A model generated the notes under the pieces. That model had not been told where the DNA came from. It did not search any database and worked only from the letters and a program-made list of their open reading frames with translations. Shown here piece after piece: positions 10,537-20,890 of a DNA stretch of 42,634 nucleotides (the stretch's first letter is position 1; the number at the start of each line of letters is the position of its first letter). This DNA is from a virus (lineage: Duplodnaviria > Caudoviricetes). Location of the stretch: positions 1-42,634 of the IMG/VR virus record IMGVR_UViG_3300035102_000151. One strand, written 5' to 3'. A program made the translations under genes and the position numbers.

Positions 10537-10770
10537 ATGTATTTTATAGGAATTTTATTATTTATATTAGTAGTTGGTTCATATTTTTACTTTAATTATG
10601 AACATAAAAATAAATCCCAATATACTTTATCATTAATACTTACATTACTATTTAGTTTAACAGGATTTATTGGATTAATAATATTTTGTATTTCAGTAAT
10701 TATATTAGATAGAAAAAATCCATTTAATGGGGTTATTAAATTGATTAAATTAATAAATAAGGATAAATAA
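10537..10770 (+). CDS. small membrane protein (2 predicted TM helices)
   Basis: Two hydrophobic stretches and a basic C-terminus. AAGGAG SD. Confidence 0.7.
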   Translation: MYFIGILLFILVVGSYFYFNYEHKNKSQYTLSLILTLLFSLTGFIGLIIFCISVIILDRKNPFNGVIKLIKLINKDK

Positions 10771-10772
10771 AT

Positions 10773-10955
10773 ATGCTTGATATAACATTTGTTTTAGAAA
10801 CAACTTTTTTAGAAGATTTTACTGGCAGTCAAATAAAATTACCAGCAATTCCAAAACAAGGAGAATATATTGAAATACATAATCAATATTATCAAATTAA
10901 AAAAATTATTTATTGTTCAAATAGTAAATTAATAATGCTTATTTTAAATAAATAA
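10773..10955 (+). CDS. hypothetical protein
   Basis: 60-aa ORF, LPAIPKQGEYIEI. Confidence 0.65.
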   Translation: MLDITFVLETTFLEDFTGSQIKLPAIPKQGEYIEIHNQYYQIKKIIYCSNSKLIMLILNK

Positions 10956-10977
10956 AAAATCCTCCTTAAACATAGAT

Positions 10978-11015
10978 GGGCTGGTTTTCTAAAGCACTTT
11001 TACCAGCCCTTTTTT
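10978..11015. terminator. terminator hairpin between convergent genes
   Basis: GGGCTGGT...ACCAGCCC-T6. Confidence 0.75.
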
Positions 11016-11747
11016 CTAATCAAAAACTTCATTAAATATAATTTTATGCGGTGTAAATTTTTTAATAATATTCATTTTATTATTTTTATATTTATTATAA
11101 ATTTGAGTTTCCACCATAAATAAAAAACTATTAGTTATAATTCTTAATTCATCAGTAAAATCCTCAATATTTGATTCATCACTAATACTATCAATTTCTC
11201 ATTTAAGATTAAATTTATCATTAGATACAATTCTACCTTTATTTTTATTAACAATAAATTGTTCAATTAAAGAATTCATAGATGTAATATATCTTGTTTG
11301 TAACCTTATTTCATATTCAATTTCTATTGGTGTTGGAGGTTCTATTTGAACAATATATTTATTTGGAATTGAATTATCTTCTCTTCTACTATAATCATTA
11401 TATTTATTTTCTTTTGGAATTCCTTCCATAATAGTAACAAAATTTCTTTTTTCTGGTATATAATATTGTTCTGGTAAAAAATTAACATTACCTCTTCTAA
11501 TCATTATAATTGGTAATATAATTTGTTTTTTATTATCTCTTAAACCTTTATCTTCTTGTAACTGTTTTCATCTTTCTGGAGTAGATAAAATAATAGGAAC
11601 TTTTACTTTATTATTATTTTCAATTACATGTAAATCTAATTCATTATTAAAATAATCTAAAATTGTTTTATCAATATTAGAAAACAATTGTTCATTATTT
11701 TGTAATAAATCTTTTTTTGTAATTTTTATTTCTTTTGATCTATCCAT
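11016..11747 (-). CDS. tail completion/terminator protein (T4 gp15-like), 243 aa in code 4
   Basis: VPIILSTPERW...LRDNKKQIILPIIMIRR...PTPIEIEYEI...MNSLIEQF. Position next to the neck genes. 2 TGA. Confidence 0.75.
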
Positions 11748-11763
11748 TTATTTCCTTTTTAGT

Positions 11764-12357
11764 TTATATTATATCATATTCACATAATATAGGTTTTTTT
11801 GAAATTCTTATTACTTCTCATTCATCTTCACCTAATTCATATAATCCTAAAGTGGCTAAAAAGTTTGCATTAAATAATAATTCCTTTTTTGGAAATTTTG
11901 CTTTTAATAAAACTTTTATTTTATTATAATCATTTACTGTAGTAATAAATCTTCTGGCTTCAATTTCTTTAGTTGTTCAACTTTGAATTTCTGAATGAGG
12001 ACTATATAAAAATTTTCCATTATTTTTTTTAACATTTTCTTTTATTTCTTCATTGGTTTTTAATGTACTTCTATATAGGATATTTGTTTTTGGTTTTAAA
12101 ACTTCAGGATAACTTGACATACATTTTTGTAATTGTAAAAACGCCTTTTTTAATGAAGGCGGTTTTTGATCTCCATCTCATCTACCATTAATTCAATCTT
12201 TTAATAAATATCAAATTTGTTTTTCAGTTTTTGTATCATCTTCAACATGTTGTCCATATCATTTTGAAAATTCCCCAAATAATGTTTGTCCAAATTGTTT
12301 AATACAAGCAGATGATTTTGCTTCTTTTAAAATAATATTTTTTAGTTTAATATTCAT
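11764..12357 (-). CDS. putative R-S-E type ADP-ribosyltransferase, 197 aa in code 4
   Basis: ILYRS...IQSWTTKEIEARRF...GEDEWEVI motif order. 6 in-frame TGA. TAATG-coupled to the upstream gene. Absent from the ORF track. Confidence 0.65.
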
Positions 12358-12812
12358 TATCTTCTTCCTATTATATTAATTTGAGATGAATCAGAAGATT
12401 TAGTTTCGATTTGAATATTAATTTTTTTATCTGGAAGTCCTTCTAAATTTTTAATATCAAATACTTTTGTTATTTCAAAATATTGATCATCTCAATACAT
12501 AAAATCCCCCTCTTCAGGAAAAATACTATAATCAGATAAATATTGTTTTTGAGAATAAATAATTAATTCTCTTGTTTGCGATAATCCAGAATTTGTTGCT
12601 AATATTTCAGGTTCTAAAAATTCAATTAAAGCATTAAATTTAATTCCAGGATAAAATACTTTAGTTGAGGATTCTCCATAAATATTACTTTCCCTTGTAT
12701 ATTCTGAATTAATTTTATAAAAAATAATTGATTGTTTAATTACATCATTAATTAATTCTCTTGTAATTCCATCAATAAAATTTTTTTCTTTATTTGACAT
12801 AAAAATAGACAT
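12357..12812 (-). CDS. neck/head closure protein (T4 gp14-like), 151 aa in code 4
   Basis: NIYGES, PEEGDFMYWDDQYFEI. Confidence 0.75.
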
Positions 12813-12813
12813 T

Positions 12814-13206
12814 TTAAAATCTTTCTAATAATATTTCTTTAGGTTTAAAAGTATTATTTAAAATTGATTTAATTTTATCAATTTTATTATTTTTCATTTC
12901 ATTAAAATTAGTATTATTTAACATTAAAATTTTTAAATCATTTATATAAATAAAAGTAATACATGTATCTTCATTATAATATCTCATCTTTTTTAAAATA
13001 TCTTTATGTAAAGAACAAGAAGCAGTTCAAACATAATAGTTCAAACTATGTATATTAATATAACCTCTTATTTCTCCATAACATAAAACATTTGAATTTT
13101 TGTTATCTTTAAATAATTGTAAAATATCATTTTTATTAGGATTTTTAAAAATTTCTACTAAATTATTTTTTATATAATATGAATAAATTCATTTTTTATT
13201 TAACAT
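12814..13206 (-). CDS. hypothetical protein, 130 aa in code 4
   Basis: Fills the gap between the neck genes exactly when 2 TGA are read through (MLNKKWIYSYYIKNNLVEIFKNPNK...). Confidence 0.7.
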
Positions 13207-13213
13207 TCAAATT

Positions 13214-14386
13214 CTACCTAATTGTTGGTAATAAAGGAAATTGTCCTAATTGCTGATATAAATTATCTTGTAATGTACTATCTTTTTGTGATAAAGTTTC
13301 AATATTTGTTTTTTCTAATAAATCAAATAATTCTTCTCTTAATTTATTTTTCATTTCATTAGCATCAGAAATTAAAGCATCTCCATCTAAAGAAATTTCA
13401 TTTCCAGGTATAGGCAATGATGCAAATTTTCTTCTAATATTTCCTAATTCTTCTTTTGCTAATGCTAAAGTATATTGTCTAATTCATGTTTTACCCATAC
13501 TATTTATATCAGAATATTGCATATTATCATATGGTACATTACTAATATCTGAAACTAAATTATCACTGCCAGAATTTCCACTTGTATCATCATTAATTAA
13601 TGGATTATCATTATCTACTGTATATCTAAATCATAATTTTGTATTTTCTGCAGGAATTGGAAATATTTTTATTTTGTTATTAATAATTTCATAACTATAA
13701 CTGGATTTTCTCATTAAATCAGATAATTCAATAGCATTTGCTCTTAATACATCTTCAAATAAAGGAAATACATAATACATAGTTCTTGTATCTGCTGGAT
13801 AACTTCCTCCTACTTGTTCAATAATATTATTGCTTCCTAATAAGAAATCTGATGCTGGTGAATATGCTCTTCCCATAGCAGAACCAGGTCTAAAATGATA
13901 TACATCTCTAATTGTAATTCTTTTATTTGATTCTGAAATATTTCCTCATAATGCTTGAATATCATAATCTTGTTGACCAGATATTAAATTAATACTTCCA
14001 CTTTTTCAATCAATTCTACCACCAGTTCCAACCTCGGATGCTACAGAATCTCCATATCTATGTAAAAAAGTAAATTTGTTATTTGGAAATTTATGAGTAT
14101 AATTACTACCAGATGTTGGAGTTCCCATATAATTTAACATTCAATCTTGAAGATTAGAATTATTTACAAACGAACTATATTCAGATATAGATTCTTCAAA
14201 TAAATCATAAGTTTGCTCTCAAGACAGTTCCACTTGCATTATTGGTCAACCTAATTTACGAGCAATTCATTTTGCAGTTCTTACAGCATCATTTTTAAAA
14301 GAAGATTCATTATCATAAAATCCATAAGATGTTGAACCACTTACTGTTGGATAAGATGTTGCAGAACCAGAAATATAATTAGCCAT
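13214..14386 (-). CDS. gp13: neck protein (T4 gp13-like), 390 aa in code 4
   Basis: KWIARKLGWPIMQVEL, TWIRQYTLALAKEELGNIRRKFASLPIPGNEISLDG. About 8 TGA join the track fragments. Confidence 0.88.
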
Positions 14387-14391
14387 ATTTT

Positions 14392-14724
14392 TTATTCCTT
14401 AATTTCTAATAGATTATATATTTGAGTTTTTACCATTTTTCTAATATATTTTTCTAATAATCTATAACCTATTTTATTTGATATTTTTCGTATTTTTTCT
14501 TTATTTAAAGGAATGCCTCCTTGATTTCCCATAGGTTCATGTGGTAATTCTGCTTTAAAATTTTCTGGGCATAAATAATTTACTACATAATATCCTAATC
14601 TTTCAGTTAAATTTGCAGATTCTCGTTTGTAAGTTTCAAAATCACTATAAATAAAATTTGGGCCGTCATCTACTGCAAGAGCATTATCACCAGTAAAAGA
14701 TACTTCATTTAATTTTCTATTCAT
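14392..14724 (-). CDS. hypothetical protein (possible virion protein)
   Basis: 110-aa ORF in the late operon, no Trp codons. Confidence 0.75.
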   Translation of the reverse strand: MNRKLNEVSFTGDNALAVDDGPNFIYSDFETYKRESANLTERLGYYVVNYLCPENFKAELPHEPMGNQGGIPLNKEKIRKISNKIGYRLLEKYIRKMVKTQIYNLLEIKE

Positions 14725-15109
14725 TTATTTTTCCTTCTATTTCTTCAATTTTTTTAAATAATTTTTGTTTAACTTTTATTGGAGTTTTATTGATTTCATG
14801 TTCTCAAATGTCTATATAATTTAATTTATGTATTTTTGCCAATTGTTTTTTATATATATCATTTGTTTTACTTTCTAATTGAATTTTATTTAAAACATGA
14901 TACATCGATTTATTTCCATGTCAATAGTCTCCCATTACTTCAATTACTAATTTATATTTAGGTAAATAAAAATCATAATATTTTGTTCCCAATTTAAACT
15001 GTCTTTTATAATAAAAACCTCATTGTCTTAACATTTTACCAAATCTATTTTCTAATTTGCTGGTTTTTATAATTTTTCTTTTTTTATATTTTTTAAAATT
15101 TAGTTTCAT
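14717..15109 (-). CDS. Vsr/DUF559-like endonuclease, 130 aa in code 4
   Basis: SKLE...YDFYLPKYKLVIEVMGDYWHG...ND..K...IWEHEI. 3 TGA. Confidence 0.85.
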
Positions 15110-15117
15110 TTTCAATA

Positions 15118-15125
15118 ATAAATAT
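15118..15125 (-). promoter_or_regulatory. putative late promoter (ATATTTATTATTGAA)
   Basis: Same 15-mer at 20857 and 31216. Confidence 0.65.
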
Positions 15126-15149
15126 TTTTATAAAAAATAATATTAATGC

Positions 15150-15178
15150 TTGTTTTTTATTAATAAATTTATTATATT
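15150..15178 (+). promoter_or_regulatory. sigma70-like early promoter
   Basis: TTGTTT-17 nt-TATATT. Confidence 0.75.
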
Positions 15179-15211
15179 TACTATATAAGAAATAAAAAAG
15201 GTAATTAAAAT

Positions 15212-15565
15212 ATGGCGAAAACAAAATTATTAAATTTAAGAAAGAAAAAAATAGTTTTTGATGAAAATAATGAAGATTATATTTTAACTACAAAAAATGA
15301 TATTCTTTCAGATTTAAGAGATTTTTTATATAATATGAAAGATGGAATTGATTTAGATGATGTATATTCTATTATTTTAAAAAATGGTAAATCGATTTAT
15401 TTAAGTCAATATGATGATATTAAAAAATTTAAAAAGAATATGATTTCAAATATTGCTCATGTTTTATGGATTAGCCCGGATGGTGCTTTTATTTTTTATA
15501 ATCCAAAATATAAAAAACAATTAGAAAAATATGCGGGAACATTTAAAATAATGGATAATAAATAA
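15212..15565 (+). CDS. hypothetical early protein
   Basis: ORF with AAGGT SD behind the promoter. Confidence 0.75.
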   Translation: MAKTKLLNLRKKKIVFDENNEDYILTTKNDILSDLRDFLYNMKDGIDLDDVYSIILKNGKSIYLSQYDDIKKFKKNMISNIAHVLWISPDGAFIFYNPKYKKQLEKYAGTFKIMDNK

Positions 15566-15566
15566 A

Positions 15567-15971
15567 ATGACCAGAATTAATTTAGTTAAACCCATTGATT
15601 TAGCAGATCAACATTTATTGGCAGAATATAGAGAACTACCAAGAGTATTTACCTATGTTAAAAAATATGGAATTCCTAATGATATTCCTGATAAATTTAA
15701 ATTTGGAAAAGGATTTTTAAAATTCTTTACAAATAAGTTAAATTTCTTGATACAAAGATATAACCAAATAGTTATAGAGTTGGAGAAGCGAGGATACTCA
15801 ATACAATATAAGGAATTAAAGCCGTATTGTTATGGTTTAGCAAAAAGAAAAGAACAAATAGAATATACTCCAAGCAAGGAAGAAATAGAATTATCTTTAG
15901 AAAGAATAAATGAAAAATTAAATATGAAACCTAATTTTTATAGTTATTATGGAGAAAAATATTATGAATAA
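15567..15971 (+). CDS. denV: pyrimidine dimer DNA glycosylase (T4 endonuclease V)
   Basis: MTRINLV...LADQHLLAEYRELPRVF...FKFGKGFLKFF...ELEKRGY. Confidence 0.95.
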   Translation: MTRINLVKPIDLADQHLLAEYRELPRVFTYVKKYGIPNDIPDKFKFGKGFLKFFTNKLNFLIQRYNQIVIELEKRGYSIQYKELKPYCYGLAKRKEQIEYTPSKEEIELSLERINEKLNMKPNFYSYYGEKYYE

Positions 15972-16932
15972 ATTAAAAGTTGATAAAGTAGAATTAAATG
16001 ATGAAGAATTTTTTAATCAAGTTAGAATTACAGAATCTGGAAAATATTTAATTGATGGTGAAATAGTAGAAGTTGATTATCATGAAAAAAAATTTCCTGT
16101 AAAAAATATAAATAATATAAAAAAAATAACTTTAACAACTTATATTCGATATTATACTAATAGGGAAGATGAAAATAAAATCTTAACAATTGATGAATAT
16201 AATAATAAAAAACAAGAACTTTTATTAAAATCAGAATATATTGAGGATCAATACGATTCAGAAAATGATTATAGAAAATGGAATACTATTGAAGATGAAT
16301 TTGAATATAAGAAATTTATTAGAGATTGGATACCAGTTAAAAACACTATTCAAGAAATAAGTGAACCAATAAAAGTTGAAGTAATAGAACATAATATTAA
16401 AAATGATAATCCTTTCATTCAAAATTATTTTTTAAATGGAAAAGATAAATTTAATGTTTATCAATATAATAGAATATCAGCAGTAAAAAATATTATTAGA
16501 AATAAATTTAAAAAATTAGGAATGAAATTTATTGAAAATATAAATTATCAAAATACTAATAAGAAAATGGTTTGGGGTAATTCAACTCATTCTGGTGTTA
16601 GATATTTAGTAGCTTTCGGAAACTATATTTTTAAGGATGATAATGTAAGAGAATATGAAAATAATATAATTGGAAATTATGAAACATTAAAAAATCGATA
16701 TAATGAAGATAAAAAATATTTAGAAAATTATATTCAAAAAAGATATGATTTGCATTTTAAAGAAAAAATTAAAATTGATTTTGAACATGTTTATAAACGT
16801 TTGAATACTATTCATTCAAGTATTTTAGAATTAAATGTTTATAAAATAAACGAAATAGATAAATCAGTAGTTTTAAATATAATTAATGATTTAATAAAAT
16901 ATATAGAAAACGGTGAATCAAATGAAAAATAA
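15964..16932 (+). CDS. hypothetical protein
   Basis: Long ORF, ATG 15964 after GGAG. Confidence 0.8.
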   Translation: MNKLKVDKVELNDEEFFNQVRITESGKYLIDGEIVEVDYHEKKFPVKNINNIKKITLTTYIRYYTNREDENKILTIDEYNNKKQELLLKSEYIEDQYDSENDYRKWNTIEDEFEYKKFIRDWIPVKNTIQEISEPIKVEVIEHNIKNDNPFIQNYFLNGKDKFNVYQYNRISAVKNIIRNKFKKLGMKFIENINYQNTNKKMVWGNSTHSGVRYLVAFGNYIFKDDNVREYENNIIGNYETLKNRYNEDKKYLENYIQKRYDLHFKEKIKIDFEHVYKRLNTIHSSILELNVYKINEIDKSVVLNIINDLIKYIENGESNEK

Positions 16933-17155
16933 AAAATATAGAATTATAAAAAGAACTACAACTGAAACAAATAGAGTTTATTATTATATTGAAGAAAAAA
17001 AATTTTTATTTTGGGAATATTGGAAAGGAATAAAAAAATTACTTAATTATAATGAATGTAATGCTGAATTAAAAACATTTCATACTATTGAACAAGCCAA
17101 AGAGTATTTAAAAATATTAAAAGATGAAATATTAGAAGAGGTAATAGATGTTTAG
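16922..17155 (+). CDS. hypothetical phage protein
   Basis: KYRIIKR...YYIEEKKFLFW...FHTIEQAKEYL. Confidence 0.75.
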   Translation: MKNKKYRIIKRTTTETNRVYYYIEEKKFLFWEYWKGIKKLLNYNECNAELKTFHTIEQAKEYLKILKDEILEEVIDV

Positions 17156-17423
17156 AGCCAAATATGAAATAATAGAAGACAATAAAGATTTTATTTTATT
17201 AGATAATATTGATTCTGCAGGAAAATCCATTACAAATGATGCTGAAAATATAATTGAAGATTTAATTAAAGCATCTAATGTTGATATAAATAATAAATTA
17301 GTTTATTATATTGATACAGAAGGAAGAGTAGATATTTTAAAACATAATAATATTAAATTTACTGGTTTTAAATTTGGATTTAATAATTATAAACAATTTA
17401 TAAAATATTATTATAATAAATAA
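17148..17423 (+). CDS. hypothetical phage protein
   Basis: SITNDAENII...YYIDTEGRVD. GAGG SD. Confidence 0.8.
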   Translation: MFRAKYEIIEDNKDFILLDNIDSAGKSITNDAENIIEDLIKASNVDINNKLVYYIDTEGRVDILKHNNIKFTGFKFGFNNYKQFIKYYYNK

Positions 17424-17434
17424 AAATAAATATT

Positions 17435-17746
17435 TTATATTAATTGTCTTTCTAATTCTGTTAAAGGGCGTTTAAATAATGTTATATTTTGTATTACCCC
17501 ATTTATTCTATTTTCTATTGTACTATTTACTATTTTTGATAAAGTTATATCATCGGTTGGGGTCGTAGTACTAATTAAAGTATTATTTAAGTAAGTTTTT
17601 ACTATTCCATTATCAGCATTTATTAATAAAGTATATTCTATATTTTCAGAAATTTTTTCTAATTCGTTACATCAATAATCTCCATTTGTATTACTTTCAA
17701 CTATTAAATCTCCATTTGTATTAATTCTTATCATAATCAAATCCAT
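17435..17746 (-). CDS. LamG/ConA-like C-terminal fragment, 103 aa in code 4
   Basis: ...VKTYLNNTLI...INGVIQNITLFKRPLTELE. 1 TGA. May be the split half of the upstream gene. Confidence 0.55.
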
Positions 17747-17784
17747 TATTAGTTTTTATCAATTTCATTTTTTTTTTATTTCTT

Positions 17785-18120
17785 TTATGTATATTCTTCT
17801 GGTATATCATTTGAATTACTTAATATATCACCGTTTGTAAGTTTGGCAATTTTAAATTTAACTAAAATAGCCCCTTTTTGTTTTGTAATAGTTGTTTCAG
17901 GAAAACTTCCGTAAACAATTGGATCTATTCTTAAACCACTATTTCTTAAAATATTAATTCTTTGACCAAGATAATCGTATGTAATTCCATTTTTTTTACA
18001 AGTTTTTCCTATTATTCAAATTTCAGAATTTACAATTTCGATATTAAAATCAGTAAGTTGACTTGGAAATCCCATTGTTTCATCATTACCTATTGGAAAA
18101 GCTCCGATTACAACAGCCAT
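17785..18120 (-). CDS. hypothetical tail-module protein, 111 aa in code 4
   Basis: TAATG-coupled start MAVVIGAFPIGND. 1 TGA. Confidence 0.65.
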
Positions 18121-18437
18121 TATATCAATCCTTCTATTTCAAGACGTTCTATAAATTCCTGCCGCGTTTCTTCCATCTCATTCCATTGAAAATCTTTCCA
18201 GAGTTCTTTATCCGTTGTGGCTGCCGCTTTCATATCTCTGTCCCATTGGCGGCATTCCTCAAGATATTCATTGAATTCTTCCCAACCAGAAGCCTGTTCT
18301 CGAAGATTGTTAAACTTATTTTCATCATCAGCAGAATATTTCTGTCGTATTCTCCTGACAACCATTCTATCGATTTGAGACTTTTCAGGAATATTGATAT
18401 TCCTGACTTCATCTCCTTCTTTCACATATTTATACAT
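18120..18437 (-). CDS. small protein after the receptor-binding gene (possible fibre assembly chaperone)
   Basis: IRQKYSADDE...WEEFNEYLEECR. Part of the higher-GC, TGG-only cassette. Confidence 0.7.
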   Translation of the reverse strand: MYKYVKEGDEVRNINIPEKSQIDRMVVRRIRQKYSADDENKFNNLREQASGWEEFNEYLEECRQWDRDMKAAATTDKELWKDFQWNEMEETRQEFIERLEIEGLI

Positions 18438-18447
18438 ATTATTTTCC

Positions 18448-19659
18448 TTATGTTACCGCATTAATATCACCAACGTAAGCGGAACGAAACCCCAGAGAGT
18501 TGAAGGCATTCGTGGCCCCATAGGGCAAATAGAGATTGAACAGCCCCGCGCTGGAACCAAGACTCCAATTGGCGCCCCGTATGGGGACGTTTTCTTCACC
18601 GACATCAGGCTTGCGAAAGTAATCATTGCCAAAGTCCGCCAGTATATCAGAATTGGCAATTAATGCCAATTTTTCAGCATCATCAAGCGAATAGGTTCCA
18701 GCAGTAAGAAAATTCGTTCTATTTTCTTTACTAAAATATTCGTCTGCCAACGAGTTCCACTCGCCAATCTTCTCCCACGGTGCTCCGGGAGCAGTGGCAA
18801 TATCTTTTAATTGTGCAGGAGTAGCAATTGCTGCCTCATTGTTTGGTATGATATAGGCGTCTTTGCCGTTATTGGCACCGGGGCTCTGCAATCCCGAAAC
18901 CAGTTCCCAAATATTACCAACAAGATCATATATGCCATCTACTGTGGAGTTATGTGCTGTGAGCGGCCCACCGCTACCGTTCCGCCATCTACCAAAGAAT
19001 GGCGCGCCATAAGTACCGCCACTACTGCCGAGTGTCAGCGTGGGATTCAAAGGAGAACCTGTTACGCCTTTGGCATCAAGGTCTCTTCCATAATCATTAT
19101 TTCCATAGGGGTAACCGGAAAACAATCCGTCTTTTATCATTTGGTAACGCCAGATAGCAATTGCAGCCCACTCCGCGTTTGTCATCAGATGGAAGCAGTT
19201 CCCCGCCGCCCTCATAGCTGCACTGTTTTTTCGGTCGCATAAATCTACTGCATTGTTGAAATCAATATAGGTCGCTGGGTCTTGATATGGCAATGAAGCG
19301 GCAACATAGTTACTATTGTCTGTATATCCAGCAGAAGTATCAACAATCTCTCCAGTTGTTTTATCAATTACTACATTTGGAAAGTTTGAAATCCAAACTT
19401 CTGAATGCTCAACTCCATCCCAAATAAATGCGGGGTGTGCCTGACTTGAATAGAAGCCATTCGTTGGATCCCAATTGAACTTGGAATAACAGTAATGAAC
19501 GCTTGGAATCCCGAATTGGTCATATAGAACTTTTGTTTTTGGTAAACTGTTAAAAAAATTCAATCCAGGAAAACTACCATCTGCCATCAATGGAAATCCC
19601 TTTTCCTTTATTAGAATTTTTTGATATAATTCTTTTATTTTCCCATCAAGTAAAGCCAT
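18448..19659 (-). CDS. C-type lectin fold (FGE-sulfatase/Mtd-like) protein, putative DGR target and receptor-binding protein
   Basis: HPAFIWDG, HLMTNAEWAAIA, GIYDLVGNIWE, C-terminal RGANW...AGLFNL...LGFRSA. AGGAG SD. Confidence 0.88.
   Translation of the reverse strand: MALLDGKIKELYQKILIKEKGFPLMADGSFPGLNFFNSLPKTKVLYDQFGIPSVHYCYSKFNWDPTNGFYSSQAHPAFIWDGVEHSEVWISNFPNVVIDKTTGEIVDTSAGYTDNSNYVAASLPYQDPATYIDFNNAVDLCDRKNSAAMRAAGNCFHLMTNAEWAAIAIWRYQMIKDGLFSGYPYGNNDYGRDLDAKGVTGSPLNPTLTLGSSGGTYGAPFFGRWRNGSGGPLTAHNSTVDGIYDLVGNIWELVSGLQSPGANNGKDAYIIPNNEAAIATPAQLKDIATAPGAPWEKIGEWNSLADEYFSKENRTNFLTAGTYSLDDAEKLALIANSDILADFGNDYFRKPDVGEENVPIRGANWSLGSSAGLFNLYLPYGATNAFNSLGFRSAYVGDINAVT
18478..18579 (-). other. 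putative DGR variable region (VR)
   Basis: 34 consecutive codons with no third-position A. NNY codons at positions that are AAY in typical TRs. Confidence 0.7.
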
Positions 19660-19672
19660 GATTACTCCTATT

Positions 19673-20407
19673 CTATCTCGTAATATTTATGTTTATTTCG
19701 GTTATATTTAAATCTGAAGTTGTAAAGTCAAGAGGGAAATCTCAAATTTCTGGTTGTGCTACATTAATTCCATTTTCATTTAAAAAAGTAACTACCCCTG
19801 TTGAAATTATATTTTCTGTTGTATAGTCCACTTCATCATAATTTAAAAATTTTCTAATTTCATTTGGTGTAGATTGTGGATGATTTGCTATTCATTTTCA
19901 TTCTAAATTTGATATTTCTTCTGTAATTTCTATAATATTAAATATATTACCATTAAAATAATTTCCATCTGCAAATCCCAATTCAAGTTCCCCATCAATT
20001 AAATCTGATTGACTAATTCCTATAAATCATCAATCTAAAAATTGTTTTTTATAAATTAATACTGATGAAGCAAACCCCGTTAAAGATAAATTTCCATTAA
20101 TTCATTTACCAAAAATTGTTTCATTAATATTAAATAACGATTCATTATTTGTATTAGGTTTAAAGAAAAATCCAATAGATTTAATTGATTGATTTTTACA
20201 TGTAACTGTAGCACTGCCGTTAAAATATATTGATTTAAGACCATAAATTGTAGCATATTTTCCATTAAAAATATCTTTTCAATCTATTTCTAAATTATTT
20301 GTTACTGTTGGTAATCTTTGACCTAAAGATAAATAAGCATCTTCATATGCTTTATTAAAAATATTATATGTAGATCTTCTTTTTATATTATTTTTTAAAT
20401 TTAACAT
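19673..20407 (-). CDS. LamG-like tail/baseplate-associated protein, 244 aa in code 4
   Basis: Open throughout with about 7 TGA. SIGFFFKPNT...DWWFIGI...YFNGNIFNI. Confidence 0.7.
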
Positions 20408-20418
20408 CTTTATAAAAT

Positions 20419-20814
20419 TTATTTTCTATATGCTTGAATTATTCCTTCATTTAATTCTATTTGTATATAATCCCCAATATTTAAATCCCCATAAGGTAAA
20501 TTTAAATACCCTCCTGTATTATAATTACCATTACTAGCAAAATCATCACCAACACTTGAAGAGGCTTTATAATTAGAGGCTTCTAATGTTTTTATAGCAT
20601 ATCAACTACCTGATATTATTTCGCTTCCACTTGCAATATCAAATCCATATTGTCCATATCCTTTTTGATCTTCAATATATATTGCTCCATTGGTATTAAT
20701 TTTTATCGGACTAAATAAAGAGGATGTTAAATGAGGATCGGTGGCTCCTTCTATTACAATAGTATTAGCAGTTTGACCTTTTGTTTTTGGAATAAATTTT
20801 CTTGATATAGACAT
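20419..20814 (-). CDS. hypothetical structural protein, 131 aa in code 4
   Basis: Track ORF extended through 1 TGA to TAA. Confidence 0.75.
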
Positions 20815-20856
20815 ATTTTTTATTTCCTATATTTTTTTATTTTTTTAATTTCAATA

Positions 20857-20864
20857 ATAAATAT
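20857..20864 (-). promoter_or_regulatory. putative late promoter
   Basis: ATATTTATTATTGAA. Confidence 0.6.
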
Positions 20865-20890
20865 TTTTATAATTATTTTTTTTTTATTAA

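Noticed and set aside
10537-10770. Holin
   Set aside because: Two TM helices fit, but it is under an early-type promoter with no endolysin nearby. Not supportable
18120-18437. DGR accessory protein Avd
   Set aside because: Acidic and without recognisable Avd features, and no RT or TR follows. It looks more like a fibre-associated chaperone
17962-19242. Several overlapping plus-strand and alternate-frame ORFs
   Set aside because: Shadows caused by the higher GC of the lectin cassette. No SD or motifs
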